The notes under the pieces: generated by a model
Told to the model about the DNA's origin: nothing
Databases searched by the model: none
Seen by the model: only the letters and a program-made list of their open reading frames with translations
NCBI GenBank assembly: GCA_030390025.1
Contig: CM059432.1
Span: 122,576,001 to 122,640,000 of the forward strand
Reading direction: 5' to 3'
Origin: Squalus acanthias
Taxonomy: Eukaryota
DNA: 64,000 nucleotides
Translations under genes and position numbers: made by a program
Part shown: piece by piece, positions 1 through 13,019 of the stretch
Numbering within the stretch: the first letter of the stretch is position 1
How the letters are laid out: every line of letters starts with the position of its first letter

Positions 1-209
1 GGAATTCCCTCCCTAAACCTCTCCGCCTCTTTACCTCTCTTTCCTCCTTTAAGACGCTCATTGAAACCTACCTCTTTGACCAAGTTTTTGGTCATCTGCC
101 CTAATTTCTCCTTATGTGGCTCGGTGTCAAATTTTGTTTTATAACGCTCCTTTGAAGTGCCTTGGGAGGTTTTACTATGTTAACGGCATTATGTAAGTAC
201 AAGTTGTTG
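1..209 (+). mobile_element. L2-type LINE 3' end
   Basis: Same 3' UTR and (gtt)n tail as the copies ending at 12340, 14052 and 61340. Confidence 0.8.
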
Positions 210-685
210 GTCAGAGCCTGGCTATTCTGCGTTGAGTGGCTCACCTCCTGACTTCCCAGAGTCTTTCTATCATCCACAAGGCACAAGTCAGGAGTGTGAT
301 GGAATGCGCTCCACTTGCCTGGATAAGTGCAGCTCCAACAACACTGAAGAAGCTCGACACCAAACTAGCCCGCTTGATTGGCACCCCAAAGCCGCGACCA
401 CCTAGAAGGACATGGGCAGCAGACGCTTAGGATCACCACCACCGCCAAATTCCCCTCCAAGTCACACACCATCCTGACTTGGAATTATATCACCGTTCCT
501 TCATCGTTGCTGGGTCAAAATCCTGGAATTCCCTACCCAACAGTACTGTGGGACTACCATCACCACACAGACTGCAGCAGTTCAAGGCTGCCGCTCACCA
601 CCACCTTCTCAAGGGCAATTAGGGATCAGCAATAAATGCAGGCCTTGCCAGCGACACCCATATCCCGTGAATGAATAAAAAAAAG
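210..685 (+). mobile_element. CR1-superfamily (Zenon-like) LINE 3' fragment
   Basis: IHKAQVRSVMECAPLAWISAAPTTLKKLD ORF2 C-terminus followed by an A-rich tail; same family at 53655-54258 and 63685-64000. Confidence 0.75.
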
Positions 686-1780
686 CTAAGGCACGGCCAC
701 CAATGGTGGAGCGATTAATATAGGGGATGCTCAAGAGGCCACAATTAGAGGAGCGCAGAGATCTCAGAGGGTTGTAGGGCTGGAGGAGGTTAGAAATATA
801 GGGAGGGGTGAGGCCATGGAGGGATTTGAAAACAATGATGAGAATTTTAAAATCGAGGCATTGCCAGACCGGGAGCCAATGTAGGTCAGCGAGCACAGGG
901 GTGATGGGTGAACGGGACTTGGTGTGAGTTAAGATATGGGCAGCAGAGTTTTGGATGAGCTCAAGTTTATGTAAGGTGAAATATTGGCGGCCGGCCAGGA
1001 GAGTTTTGAAATAGTCAAGTCTAGAGGTAACAAAGGCATGGACAAGGGTTTCAACAGCAGATGAGCTGAGGCAAAGGCAGAGTCAGGAGATGTGACGGAG
1101 GTGGAAGTAGGCGGTCTTGGCAATGGAGCAGATATGAGGTCAGAAGCTAATCTTGGGGTCAAATACTACACCAAGGTTGCCAACGGTCTGGTTCAGCCTC
1201 AGACATTTGCCAGGGAGAGGGATGGAGTCGGTGGGGAGTTTGTGGCGGAGACAGAAGACATTGGCTTCAATCTTCACAATATTTAGTTGGAGGAAACCTC
1301 TGCTCATCCAGTACTGGATGTTGGACAAGCAGTGTGAAAAATCAGAGACAGTGGAGGGGTCGAGAGAGGTGGTGGTGAGGAGAGGTGGTGGTGAGGTAGA
1401 GCTGGGTGTCGTCAGCGTACATGTGGAACCTGACATTGTGTTTTCGGATGATGTCGCTGAGGGGCAGCATGTATATGAGAAATAGAAGGGGGCCAAGGAT
1501 CGATCTTTGGGGGACCCCAGAGCAATGTTCCCTGTAAATTTTATTTTGTGCGTGGTACCTTTAAACTTGCGCCGTGCTGGCGCGGTATCTTAGTGGGAAC
1601 AGCTTGCGAGCGGCCTGCACGGTACCTTCCCGAATGTTGCATGGCCACGCATGCGCACAGCTTAGAGGGAACATTGCTCCGGAGGTAACACTTCGGGAGC
1701 AGGAAGAGAAGCCATTGCAGGTGATTCTCTGGCTACAGCTGGATAGGTAAGAAAGGAACCAGGTGAGGACAGTCCCACCC
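686..1780 (-). mobile_element. L2-type LINE fragment, interrupted by a MITE
   Basis: Minus-strand RT/C-terminal fragments (YADD region, [27 protein letters not shown]); homologous to 60045-61340. Confidence 0.85.
1523..1676. mobile_element. hAT-type MITE
   Basis: TIRs caatgttccctgtaa / ttagagggaacattg; 8-bp TSD ccccagag / ctccggag, each one change from ctccagag in the uninterrupted L2 copy near 60306. Confidence 0.8.
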
Positions 1781-2202
1781 ATGAGGCTACCAGGATGGTG
1801 GAAGGCAAACTGGATGGACCTTGGTCTTTTTTCATCTAGAAATTCTTATGTTCATATGTACCCTAAACTAAGCACCGAGAGAACATAAACGCCATGAAGG
1901 AAATAAACAATGCTGCATTTTAACAGTTTAAATGGTCACGCAATGTTTACACTCCACCTACCTTCAGAGGTGAGCAGGACCAGGGAGGTTTGCTACACTC
2001 GCGGGGTGGGTTGCATCAGGCATGGAATTAGCTCCTGCAATCAGAGCTGAGTCAGGCGAGGAGCTGGATGATGCACTCCATCACAGGCCAGATAGAGCGA
2101 GAAGTTTGCTACTGCACTCACACTGGGCTGTGCAGCTTTTGGGCCAGTGAGAGGGCGTCAGAGTACTTGGAGTGCGTCAAGAGTGGAAGTGACAGAGAAG
2201 GT

Positions 2203-2340
2203 GGGGGGGGGGGGGGGGGGGGAGAGAGCACGCGAGAGACACGAACAAACAAAGTGGAGGGAGGGAGGGAGGGGGGAGAGAGAAAGGCAGAGAGAGACAA
2301 AGATGGAGAAAGAAAGAGAAAGAAAAAGAACCAAGCAGAA
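2203..2340 (+). repeat. G20 homopolymer plus GA-rich low-complexity tract
   Basis: 20 consecutive G at 2203-2222, then a purine-rich tract. Confidence 0.9.
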
Positions 2341-2777
2341 TAGGCGAAATGTCTGGGATGGAGGGTTAACAGAGGAGAGGAGGTACTTATGGCAAACTAT
2401 CTGATGTCATCTGGTTAGCATAGACCAATCAGTAATGTCAGAAGCTCACGAAAATCATAAAATATTACACAGAACTTTTTATCTGAATATATGTTAGTCT
2501 TCTGTTAACACAACGTCAGCGCATTTTTTAATCAATGGAATGAGTGAATCAAATACATTCATCAAAGTGGATCTCGATTTTCTTCTTTTCACTGCCTTCA
2601 GTCAGGGTCAAGGGTTATGGATTGCTGGATCAATGTGTTTTATACTATTTATATGACTGCAAATGCATGAATGCTTCAAGATTACACCCAGACATATGCT
2701 CCTTATATTGTGCCGATATTTTCATCAAACCAGGCACAAAATTGCAATACTCTTCTGACCTCATAATGAGCGAGTCC

Positions 2778-2960
2778 AGGGTATGGTGGCCTAATGGTTC
2801 TAGTACTGAATAAACAACCCAGAAATCATGAGTTCAAGTCCTATTGTGGCAGGTTGTGAAATTGAATTCAATAAATCCTGTAAATGGAAAATGACCATGG
2901 CAGCTGCTGGATTGTCGTAAAAACCTTCAGGGAAGGGAGCTTGCCTGCCACTCCTATCCA
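2778..2960 (+). mobile_element. Degenerate tRNA-derived SINE fragment
   Basis: A/B-box-like head (tggcctaatgg ... gagttcaagtcc); body similar to 14465-14730. Confidence 0.55.
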
Positions 2961-3089
2961 TCCAGCCGACAGACAGCTTCAGTGTCGCAATATGCGGTAC
3001 ACTCGTGTCCTAATGTCTTAATACAAAACAACTGCTAAAAAACGGAACATCGAGAGAAATACCCGATGGGCCGATCGGCAACAACTCAG

Positions 3090-5237
3090 GCATTGGATAA
3101 GGACAAGACCTGGCAACGTCAGCCCAATATACCCTGCCAAATGGAAGGCCAGTCAATAGCTCAACATAAATCATACTTGCAGAATCATAATCAGCCAACA
3201 TCTCAGACTCCTCCATCCCTGGGTATGCCCTTTTCCAGAGGTGGAAGCACCGTGTATACAGTTGGCTGAGCATGGGCCTGGGAGTTCTCAGCATTGACTC
3301 CGGATCGCATGAAGTATAATGGCTTCAGTTCAAAAAAAGCCCATGGAAACTTTCTGCTGATTACCACTTGCTATCCTCTCACGTGAAGAATCAGTACCCC
3401 TTCACAATGAACACAACTTGAACTCCACTGCCCCCACACACACAGCGTGACTTGGCAGTACCACCACTAATCGAGTGTTGAAGGACACAACTGCCAGACT
3501 AGACCTGCATCAAGTGGTAAGGAAACCAACGTGATGAAATAACCTGCTTGACCTCATCCTCAGCTACCTGTCACAGACATATCTGTCCATGATAACATTG
3601 GTAGGAGTGACCACCATACAGTCCTTGTGAAGAAAATGTCTTATCTTCACAATGAGGACACCCTCCAATTTGTAGTGTGACACTATCACCATTCTAAGTA
3701 GGACAGATCTAGCAACCCAGATTGGCCATCTATGAGGTGATGTGGGCCATCAGCAGCAATGGAGTTGTAAAGCAACAGAATCTGTAACCTTATGACCAGG
3801 CACATCCCTCATTCCATCATCAAGCCAGGCGAACAACTATGTGGAATGTAGAAGGACATACCAGAAGCAATGCCAGGCTTACCTTAGAATGAGGTACCAA
3901 CCTAGAATCTACAACATTGAGTTACCTGCATGCTAAACATCGAAAGCAGAAGGGTATAGACAGAGATAAGTAGTCCCACAACCAACAGATCAGAGCAAAG
4001 CTCTGTAACCCTACCACATCCAGTCGAGAATGATGGTGAACAATCATACAACAGACAAAGTAGGTTCCACGAACATCTGCATGCTCAGTGATGGCAGAAC
4101 CAGCATGTGACTACAAGAGATGTATTTGCAAGCACCTTCAGCAAAAGTACCAAGTGAACAAATCCCTCAGCATCCTCCCAAGGTCCCCACCATCATAGAT
4201 GCCAATGTCCAGCCAATGTAGTTCACTCCATATGGCATTAAGATGCAGCCGACTGCACAGGGAAATGGCTGTAGTTGTCAGAGGCCAATATCGCAGCTCC
4301 AGGACATTGCTGCCGGAGTTCCTCACGAGCAGTATCCACGACCACCCAGCTTCAGCTGCTTCACAATGACATACTTTCCATTATAAAGTCATGAATTGGA
4401 CTATTCGCTGACAATTCTGCAGTGTTCAACTCCATTCATGGAGCAGCCTATGCCATCCTACAGCAGGACCTGGACACCATCCGGGCTGACAAGTGGTAAG
4501 TAACGTTTATGTTTTGTAAGTGCAGGCAATGGCTACCACTAACAAAAGACACAACCCACCTCCTCCTAATATTCAACAGCACCAAAATCACTAAGTCCCC
4601 CATGACAAAAATCCTGTGGGTCACCATTATTCAGAGACTTAACTGGATCGGTCACATTAGCATTGTGGTTCCAAGAGGAAGGTAGAGACTGGATACTCTG
4701 ATGAGTGACTCACCTGCTGACCCCCTTAAAGCCTCTCCACCATCTACAAGGCCCAAGTCAGGAGTGTAATGGACTACTCATTACTCACTTGGATGACTGC
4801 AGATGCAACAATGCTCAAGAAGCTCGACAGCACCCAAGACAGAGCAATCCACTGAACTCAATATCCACCCACTTCCTTCACTAGCACATTCTGATGCAGT
4901 ATGTACTATCTACAGGGTATACTGCAGCAACTTGCCAAGCTTAATTCATGAGCACTTACCAGCACTGCAACCTCTACCACCAAAAAGGGCAAGAACAAAA
5001 ACATTATGAGACCACCACCAACTCCAAATTCTCCTCCAAGTTACATGCCATCTTGACCTGGGCACACAATGCCATTTCTTTATCATCACTGGGTTAATAT
5101 ATTGGAATTCCCTACCTACCAAACACCACAAGTGGTTCAAGGTGACCCACCACCACCTTCACAGAGGAACTATGGATGGGTAATAAATTTGGCTTTGCCA
5201 GTGCCACACACATCCCAAGAACAAATATTTAAAAAAA
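3090..5237 (+). mobile_element. Old degenerate Zenon-like LINE (endonuclease to 3' tail)
   Basis: Decayed APE motifs (IPGY, LLDLIL, GRSDH), FAD-type RT motif near 4403, YKAQVRSVM region near 4745 and an A-tail at about 5231. Confidence 0.75.
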
Positions 5238-5671
5238 CCTCCATATGATGGTCTCATACCAATCGTATTATAACTGCATCCAGCTCAATCTTCTCTCACA
5301 AAACGATACCAATATTCAATACCAATTGTAGAACATAACATTTTGGGCATGTATAGACATCTTGCAATACCTAAACTCTTCCAAGATTCGGATTTTATTA
5401 AAGATAGCCGCAAAGAGTTTTGCTTTGCGGGAGAAATTGAAACTGAAAATATTGAGATGGAATGTGCATGAAGTGCTCTGCAGAGATATGAGATTACATA
5501 CCTCAATAGTTATGCAATGAGCAAGTGAACCGAGATACCTAAGTGGACCTTGCACAAATACTAAGTACAGAGCAACAAGAAGTAATCAACCAGTAATTAT
5601 AGCGTGTATGATTACCATTTGTTCAGATCTGCTCACCTTCGCTCCTAATTAGTGACAAACACTAATTCTGG

Positions 5672-6625
5672 TGTAAGGGGTGACCTGCGGCTCTGTGCTT
5701 AGCCTGGGTGCTAGTGCGGGGTTAGGCCTTGTTGCCTGTTCTGGTCTCCAGCCAGCCTGATAACACTAGACACCTGTGAGTGGTTCGACCCACTCGCCCT
5801 TACGGTTCTGACACTGGACTTAGGTGCGAGAGCAATAATGCAGAGAAAGACTCAGGTAGAGCCGGTTGAATAGTGCGAAATGGAAAATCTTTATTGCATA
5901 TTATTCAAGATTACGAGATACATGTGATAAGCACAGATTAATGACAGTACAATCTCACACACAGTTATGAAACTAATTTTAGGGAAACGAGGAGCGCACG
6001 ACACATCGTAAAAGGGGACACGCATTATAATTATCCTTAAAACTTAAACCCTCCCCTATCAATACCTGTCCTAATCTAGATTTGTAGGATCGAGACTCAT
6101 GCTCACCACTCGTGATAACTCGGAGAATTCCGAAACTCTGCTCGGATGTTTTACCGCAGCACCTGACTATCCAAGTGTTGATCAGGGGTCTCTGTACCCC
6201 ACTTGTTTACTCGTTTCTGCTCCGGCTAGCAGGCTGGACCGTCTGCTGTCATGAAGATCTGTGTTGCCCTCGGAGTTCGGACACCACTCGAAAAAGAGTC
6301 TTCCTGTGCCCTACACCAGTTGTCTGTAGAACTCAAAGAAGGGTCTTCCTAGGCCAGTTGTGGAGTAGCCGATAAAATTCAAAGAAGTGTTTATTCGACT
6401 TACAGGCGCGGTCGGGGCTTACTGACCGTGGCGATGCGTATTGTCATCTTCTTCTCTTCTCATCTCATCTCCTCTCGGGCCTTCGGTTCCAACACCGTTT
6501 ACCGACTTCTCGGGATGGTGCGCCCGCTTCCAGGCCTCACAGCCCAGTTCTCCACAGATCTTCGCGGCAAGCCACGAGGTTGATCCTAGCGGATCAGAGT
6601 CCAGAGCCAATTTTAGATCCTCGAC
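5672..6625 (-). mobile_element. LTR-like segment (solo or truncated LTR)
   Basis: CpG-rich block unlike its flanks; on the minus strand AATAAA (5890-5895) is followed by a U5-like stretch ending ...ccccttaCA at 5672. No matching 5' TG or TSD found. Confidence 0.45.
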
Positions 6626-8515
6626 TGCTGAGATAAGAATGCTCAGCATAGACTGGGGAACAAACTTGGTCTGTATAGCTTACCTGTTCATTGGATAAGC
6701 TTGCTGAGCCATCAGGGGAATCTACATGCTGCTTTTTAAAAAAATAAAACAGCTCCACGTGAGTTTTGCAATCTGTACCTCTTGTTGATCAGAAATATCC
6801 CTCCTAATATTTCCCCAAGGTTAACAGCTGTATTTATTGGAGATACAAGTTTTTTTTTTAAAAGAGCATATTTATTCAACATATCCCTTAATAAGGAAAT
6901 CATCTTAAAAAAGTGTAATCTCAGTTAAAACTTTGAGGAAAGAAACACTAAAGTACAGTTATTAGTGACTATTTGAAACAGCACTGATTTTAATGCTCTC
7001 CTTTTCACAATTAATTCTCGTTTCACTGCGATATATCAGTGCCAGTGATCCAGCTAAGTACTTTGTTTATTGAAATGAGCAAATGCAGAACATTCTTTTT
7101 CCTACATTAGAACATAAATCTGAGAGGTAATTACTAAAACAATTAATTTTAATAAAAAGCTCTATTTCTGTGAACAAGGAGGTTGTTTTATTTTTTATAT
7201 TTACAGAGGTGAGAAGTTAACTAATTTTATAAAGTACATTCTTTTGTCTGTGACATTTTATAGTGCAGTACAGTGGTGGCGTTGAAAATCTACCAGCCTG
7301 TCCAATGTTCAACAGCTGCTAAAATGAGGGCTAGTCATTTCCCTCCTCTGCAGTCTTGAAATCAAAGTTTACGCAACAATTCAATGAATTTTTTTCTTCC
7401 CCTCTCTGAGGGAAAGTCATTAACACAATTTTGCTGCAAGATTTCCACCTCAGACAGAATCTCATCAATCCACAGTCTATTATATTACTCAACTTATGAA
7501 CGATCAGTTGAAGAGAATTTTTTGATAATCTACTCATAACATTTCTATTTCCTTTGGCAGTGTAACGCAATTCCCGTGTTGAGTGTTGTACTGTTGCTCA
7601 TACCCATAGGCGTTGACCAGCTGAACAAGCTTTCCTCCTTGCATCAGCATCTCCTTTTCTCATCAGCTGTGAAAAGATGTTTCAGATAACTTCTACATGA
7701 CGTATTGTGCGCACCAAAAGAGCCTTCCTGCAAGACTACGAAAAACTGCAGTTAATCATGGCAACATTCCCCATCAATATTTTACGCCAAACAATGTAAT
7801 GAGGAAACTGTGTCAGGTGGAGTGTGAACACTTTGGATGAGCTTACACTGTGCTACAAAGCCTTCAGGCTTGACTTCAGTCCTTTGGCCCATATATCACC
7901 ACCAGCACACCTATAATATCACAGAGTGCATTCAACATAAAAAGAAACATTAGAGCAGTACTATCAGAGGATTCTAAAAAGTACACATTTTAAAATGTTT
8001 GCAGTAGCTTACGCCAGGCTATTTACCTACATCATTGGCACCTTCATATTTAAACAGCCATGTTTTTACAATGTAATTAGGTTGGTGGGAATGAGAAACT
8101 TACTTTGACTTAGTTTAGCAACAGTTCTCACTATGGAGAGGCATTCCCTATCTTTCTCTCCTTGTGTCTACCAGCAAGTGAAGGAACCATGGGAGCCTAC
8201 AGTAAGAACGTGAGAATTCTTATTGTGCAAAGCAATGTATGAATTCTGAACTTACTATATCATAAAAAATGGACAAACAAACTCAGCACAGAAAGAATTG
8301 TTCAATAAGGATTTGTGTCTAACAAGCTTCAGCCAACAGAGGCATAAATAAAGTGAGTCACAGTATATGATCATTAATATTCAGGATACAAAACGAAAAA
8401 TGCACAGCTACAGGTAATTGCATTTTGAGCGCACCAATCTCCCATCTCACAAGTGTACAACAACATCAAGCTACATCAACTATAAAGCCCAGGGGACAGA
8501 AAAACCTGACACAAA

Positions 8516-9045
8516 GGCCCCGAATTTTAACTACCCCTACCTGGCTGAAACCAGGTGGGACGACAGTTAAAACAACAGGAGTCACTTGCCTCCACCGATC
8601 GTGCTTCCTTCCCGCCATGCCCCATATTAAGGAAGGAAGCGGGGTCCTGCTTTACATATGCAGATTTGGGTCCGATAAGGTTACCAGGACCTGATCTGCC
8701 ACATCAATTTGGCCTGAGCAGGCGGGGGGCAGTGTTAGCTTCCCTGTCAGGCAATACCTGCTGGGAGCCTGATCCTGAGAGACAGAAGAGGTCCAGAAGG
8801 CAAGTTAAAATTTATTTTTCAGGTTTACTTGTGGGCCAGGAGGGGTACCCCACCTTGATCGCGGCCCTGACCTCTCAGCCCCAAGCTTTCCCCCTCACTA
8901 ATTGCTGGGGACCGACCCCAGGGCTTCCCGGCTGCGGCTCCCTGCCTCTGTGTTAAGATCGGCAGGGCCTCATCATCGCTGGCCGCAGCCGGGAATTCCA
9001 TGCACTACCGTGCTTCCCCGTACCCTCCCCGTTAATATCGGGGCC
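8516..9045. mobile_element. Non-autonomous DNA transposon (Harbinger-like MITE)
   Basis: Imperfect TIRs ggccccgaattttaac / gttaatatcggggcc around a GC-rich interior. Confidence 0.65.
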
Positions 9046-9629
9046 GAACCTTTTTACAATTTGCAGAGAAACTAGAAACATTTGTACAATATCAGTTATA
9101 ATGTAGGATAAGCATTTTTTTTACATGATTGAACAGTATGCAATGTTCTGAATGGCCTGGCTCAGCCTGAGACAGTAGAGGGGAAGGGTTTGGAATCAGT
9201 GACTAGACCCTGCCACAAACTCTTGGAGTTTGAGGACCATACATTGGAATCACTCATCGCTGTAAAAGCCATTCAAATATGGTTAATGACTACCTATCTA
9301 AAATTGGTTAACACCCTATAGTCTGAACCCTATCCCAATCTCATGGTACCTTGTTTATTCTCTCAGGAATAGCAGGGAGCTCTGTACCAGTAAATGGTAA
9401 GTATCTCAAAAGTGCAGTCGGAAGTGTTTTCACACTCAAGTTTAAAATAAGGGCGATTTGATTGAAGTTTAAGATAATGAAGGCACTAGATTGCATTTAT
9501 GTGGACCAATTATTTCACTAAATAGGTTAGGGAAGACCAGACTCTCAAGTTATGCAAGGGCAGAACTAAGAAAAAGAACTTGCATTTAGAGTGCCTTTCA
9601 CAATCTCAGGACGTCCCAAAGCGCTTTAC

Positions 9630-12340
9630 TACCGCCAAACTACCACCCCCATCTCCAACCTCCTTTCATCACCAAAGTCCTTGAACGCGTTGTCGCCTCC
9701 CAAATGCATGCCCACGTAGCTCTATGTTTCAATCAGGTTTCCGCCCCGCCACACCACTGAAATAGCCTGCTTCCATTCCTTTCTATCCAGTTGTAGCCAG
9801 AGAATCACTTGCAATGGCTTTTCCTCCCTCAAGCATCCTTCACCCCCTCCTATTTCTCATTTACATACTGCCCCTCGGTGACATCACCTGAAAACATGTC
9901 AGGTTCCACATGTACGCTGACGACACCCAGCTCTACCTCACCATCACCTTCATCGACCCCTCCACTGCCTTTGATTGGTCACGCTGCTTGTCTGACATTC
10001 CATATTGGAAGAGGAGACATTTGTTCCAACTAAATATCGAGATCGAAGCCATTGTCTCCAGTACTTGCCACAAACTCCGTTAAGTAGCCACCCACTCCAT
10101 TCCTCTCCCTGGCCACTGTCTGAGGCTGAACCGGACCTTTTGGAACCTTGGTGTCCTATTTGACCCTCAGCTGAGCTTCCAACCCTTTATCCTCTCCATC
10201 ACTAAGGCTGCCGACTTCCACATCCGTAACATCGGCCGCTTCCACCCCACTTCAGTGCATCTGCTGTTGAAACCCTGATCCATGTCTTTGTTACATAAGA
10301 AATAGGAGCAGGAGTAGGCCATACAGCCTCTCGAGTCTGCTCCACCATTCAATAAGATCATGGCTGATCATCGACCTCAACTCCACTTTCCCGCCCGAGT
10401 TCCATATCCCTTGATTCCCCTAGAGTCCATAAATCTATCTACCTCAGCCTTGAATATATTCAAAGACTCAGCATTCACAGCCCTCTGGGTCAGAGAATTC
10501 CAAAGATTCACAACCCTCTGAGTGAAGAAATTCCTCCTCATCTCGGTCTTAAATGGCCTACCCCTTATCCTGAGACTATGCCCCCTAATTCTAGACACTC
10601 CAGCCAGGGCAAACAACCTCTCAGCATCTACCCTGTCAATCTCCTTCAGAATCTTGTATGTTTCAATGAGATCACCTCTCATTCTTCTAAACTCCAGAGA
10701 GTATAGGCCCATTCTACACAATCTCTCATCATAGGACAGCCCTCTTGCCAGGAATCAATCGAGTGAACCTTCGTTGCACCGCCTCCAAGGCAAGTATATC
10801 CTTCCTTAGATAAGGAGACCAAAACTGTGCACAGTACTCCAAGGTGTGGCCTCACCAAGGCCCTGTACAATTGTAGCAAGACTTCCTTACTCTTATACTC
10901 CAACCCCCTTGCAATAAAGGCCAACACGCCATTTGCCTTCCTTATTGCTTGCTGTACCTGCATTCTAGCTCTGTGTTTTTTGCATGAGGACACCCAAATC
11001 TCTCTGAACACCAACATTTGAAAGTTTCTCACCATTTAAAAAATATTCTGTTTTTCTATTCTTCCGACCAGTGAATAACCTCACATTTCCCTACATTATA
11101 CTCCATCTGCCACCTTACTGCCCACTCACTTAGTCTATCTATATCCCTTTGCAGACTCTTTGTGTTCTCTTCACAGCTTACTGTCCCACCTAGCTTTGTA
11201 TCGTCAGCAAACTTGGATACATTACACACGGTCCCTTCATCTGGGTCATTAAGACAGATTGTAAATAGCTGAGGCCCAACACTGATCCTTGCGTCACTCC
11301 ACTAGTTACAAGCTGCCAACCTGAAAAAGACCCATTTATCCCTACTCTCTGTTTTCTGTCCATTAACCAATCCTCTATCCATGCTACGATATTACACCCA
11401 TCCCCATGAGCACTTATCTTGTGTAATAACATTTTATGTGGCAGTTTATCGAATGCCTTTTGGAAATCCAAATATACTACATCCACTGGTTCCCCTTTAT
11501 CTACCCTGCTAGTTACATCCTCAACAAACTCTAATAAATTTGTCAAACACGATTTCCCTTTCATAAAACTATATTGGCTCTGCCTAATCATGTTATGATT
11601 TTCTAAGTGCCCTGATACCACTTCCTCAACAATGGATTCCAGCATTTTCCCGACGACTGATGTCAGGCTAACTTGCCTGTAGTTCCTGTTTTCTCCCTCC
11701 TTCTTTTCTTGAATAGCGGTGTTACATTTGCTACCTTCCAATCTGCTGGGACCATTCTAGAATCTAGGGAATTTTGGAAGATCAAAACCAATGCATCCAG
11801 TATCTCTGCACTACCTCTAGACTCGACTATTCCAATGTTCTCCTGGCCGGCCTTCCATCTTGCACCCTCCGTAAACTTGAGCTCTTCCAAAACTCTGCTG
11901 CCCGTATCCTAACTCACACGAAGGCCCATTCACCCATCACCCCTGTTCTCACTGATGTACATTGGCTCCCGGTCCGGCTACGCCTCAATTTTAAAATTCT
12001 CATCCTTGTTTTTGAATCCCTCCACGGCCTCACCCCTCCCTATCTCTAACCTCCTCCAGCCTACAACCCTCCGAGATCTCTGCGCTCCTCCAATTATGGC
12101 CTCTTGCGCATCCCAGATTTTCATCGCTCCACCATTGCTGGCCATGTTTTCAGCTGCCTAAACCTCTCCGCCTCTCTCTCCTTTAAAATGCTCCTTAAAA
12201 CCTACCTCCTTGACCAAGCTTTTGTTCACCTATCCTAATATCTCATGTGGCTTGGTGTCAAATTTTGTTTGATAATGTTCCTGTGAAGTGCCTTGGGACA
12301 TTTTACTACGTTAAAGGCGCTATATAAATGCAAGTTGTTG
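9630..12340 (+). mobile_element. L2 LINE (5'-truncated) inserted in a Deu-SINE tail
   Basis: YADD motif near 9913 and a (gtt)n tail; TSD tttac at 9625-9629 and 12341-12345; both flanks are minus-strand SINE sequence. Confidence 0.85.
10293..11810 (-). mobile_element. CR1 LINE 3' half, inserted in L2
   Basis: RT motifs FMKGKSCLTNLLEF, YLDFQKAFDK, RRNFFTQRVVNLWNSL; splits the L2 sequence gttac|ctctag. Confidence 0.9.
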
Positions 12341-13019
12341 TTTACAGCCAAAGATGTACTTTTTGAAGTATAGTCACTGTTGTAATGTAGGTTGGATGTC
12401 AGTCAGTTCTTCATTTCCTACAGAGTAGTCCACCTGTGGAACAGCCAGCTTGTGCGGTGAACGCTGTTTCGCTGTATTCCTTCACAAGAGAGTTGGACCT
12501 GTTTCTGGCTGGGCTGAAATCGTCCTGACCCAAGAGGTAGGTATCCTTCAATATAAATTAGGGCCTATGTGATCTACTGGACTCGTTTCAATCGCCTAAA
12601 GGGTCAGAGAGGAATCTTCCAGATTTTTTTCCTCAATTGTTCTGGGTTTTCACCTCTCCCAGGAGACTACATGGCTTTGAACGAAAGGGAAGCATCTATA
12701 TTGTGATGCTCTAGGCAATTATATGGGACAGGCTAGACGGACCTGTGAGCCTTTTCCTGTCTGTCATTTTCGTATGTTTGTATGTAACACTTCTTTTTAA
12801 GCGCCACACATTGTCAGTGTGAAACAGCAAATCACCACTCACCTCCCGGGTCACATTGGGACTTGACTCGATAATTAGGTAATTTTTACATCACTGCAAA
12901 ACAGGAACTGCTTCATAGCAACACAAAACTGGTAGAATGACTTCACCATAAAGAAAACCTCCTGATAAATAATTGGCCTAACTTAGACCCCATCAGAAGT
13001 CCTTTATTAATTCAGTACC

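Larger units (their letters stand above)
9445..12790 (+). mobile_element. Old CR1 3' fragment split by nested SINE/L2/CR1 insertions
   Basis: Left part 9445-9570 (GDLIEV...KLCKGRT) continues at about 12389 (RLDVSQFFISYRVVHLWN) to a tatgtttgtatgt tail. Confidence 0.65.

Noticed and set aside
5285..5555. Several overlapping open frames with splice-like sites
   Set aside because: No recognisable domain and no consistent exon chain.
7362..7666. Possible two-exon micro-ORF on the minus strand (MLMQGGKLVQLVNAYG|LWIDEILSEVEILQQN...)
   Set aside because: The second acceptor has no pyrimidine tract and the peptide matches nothing I recognise; consistent with chance.
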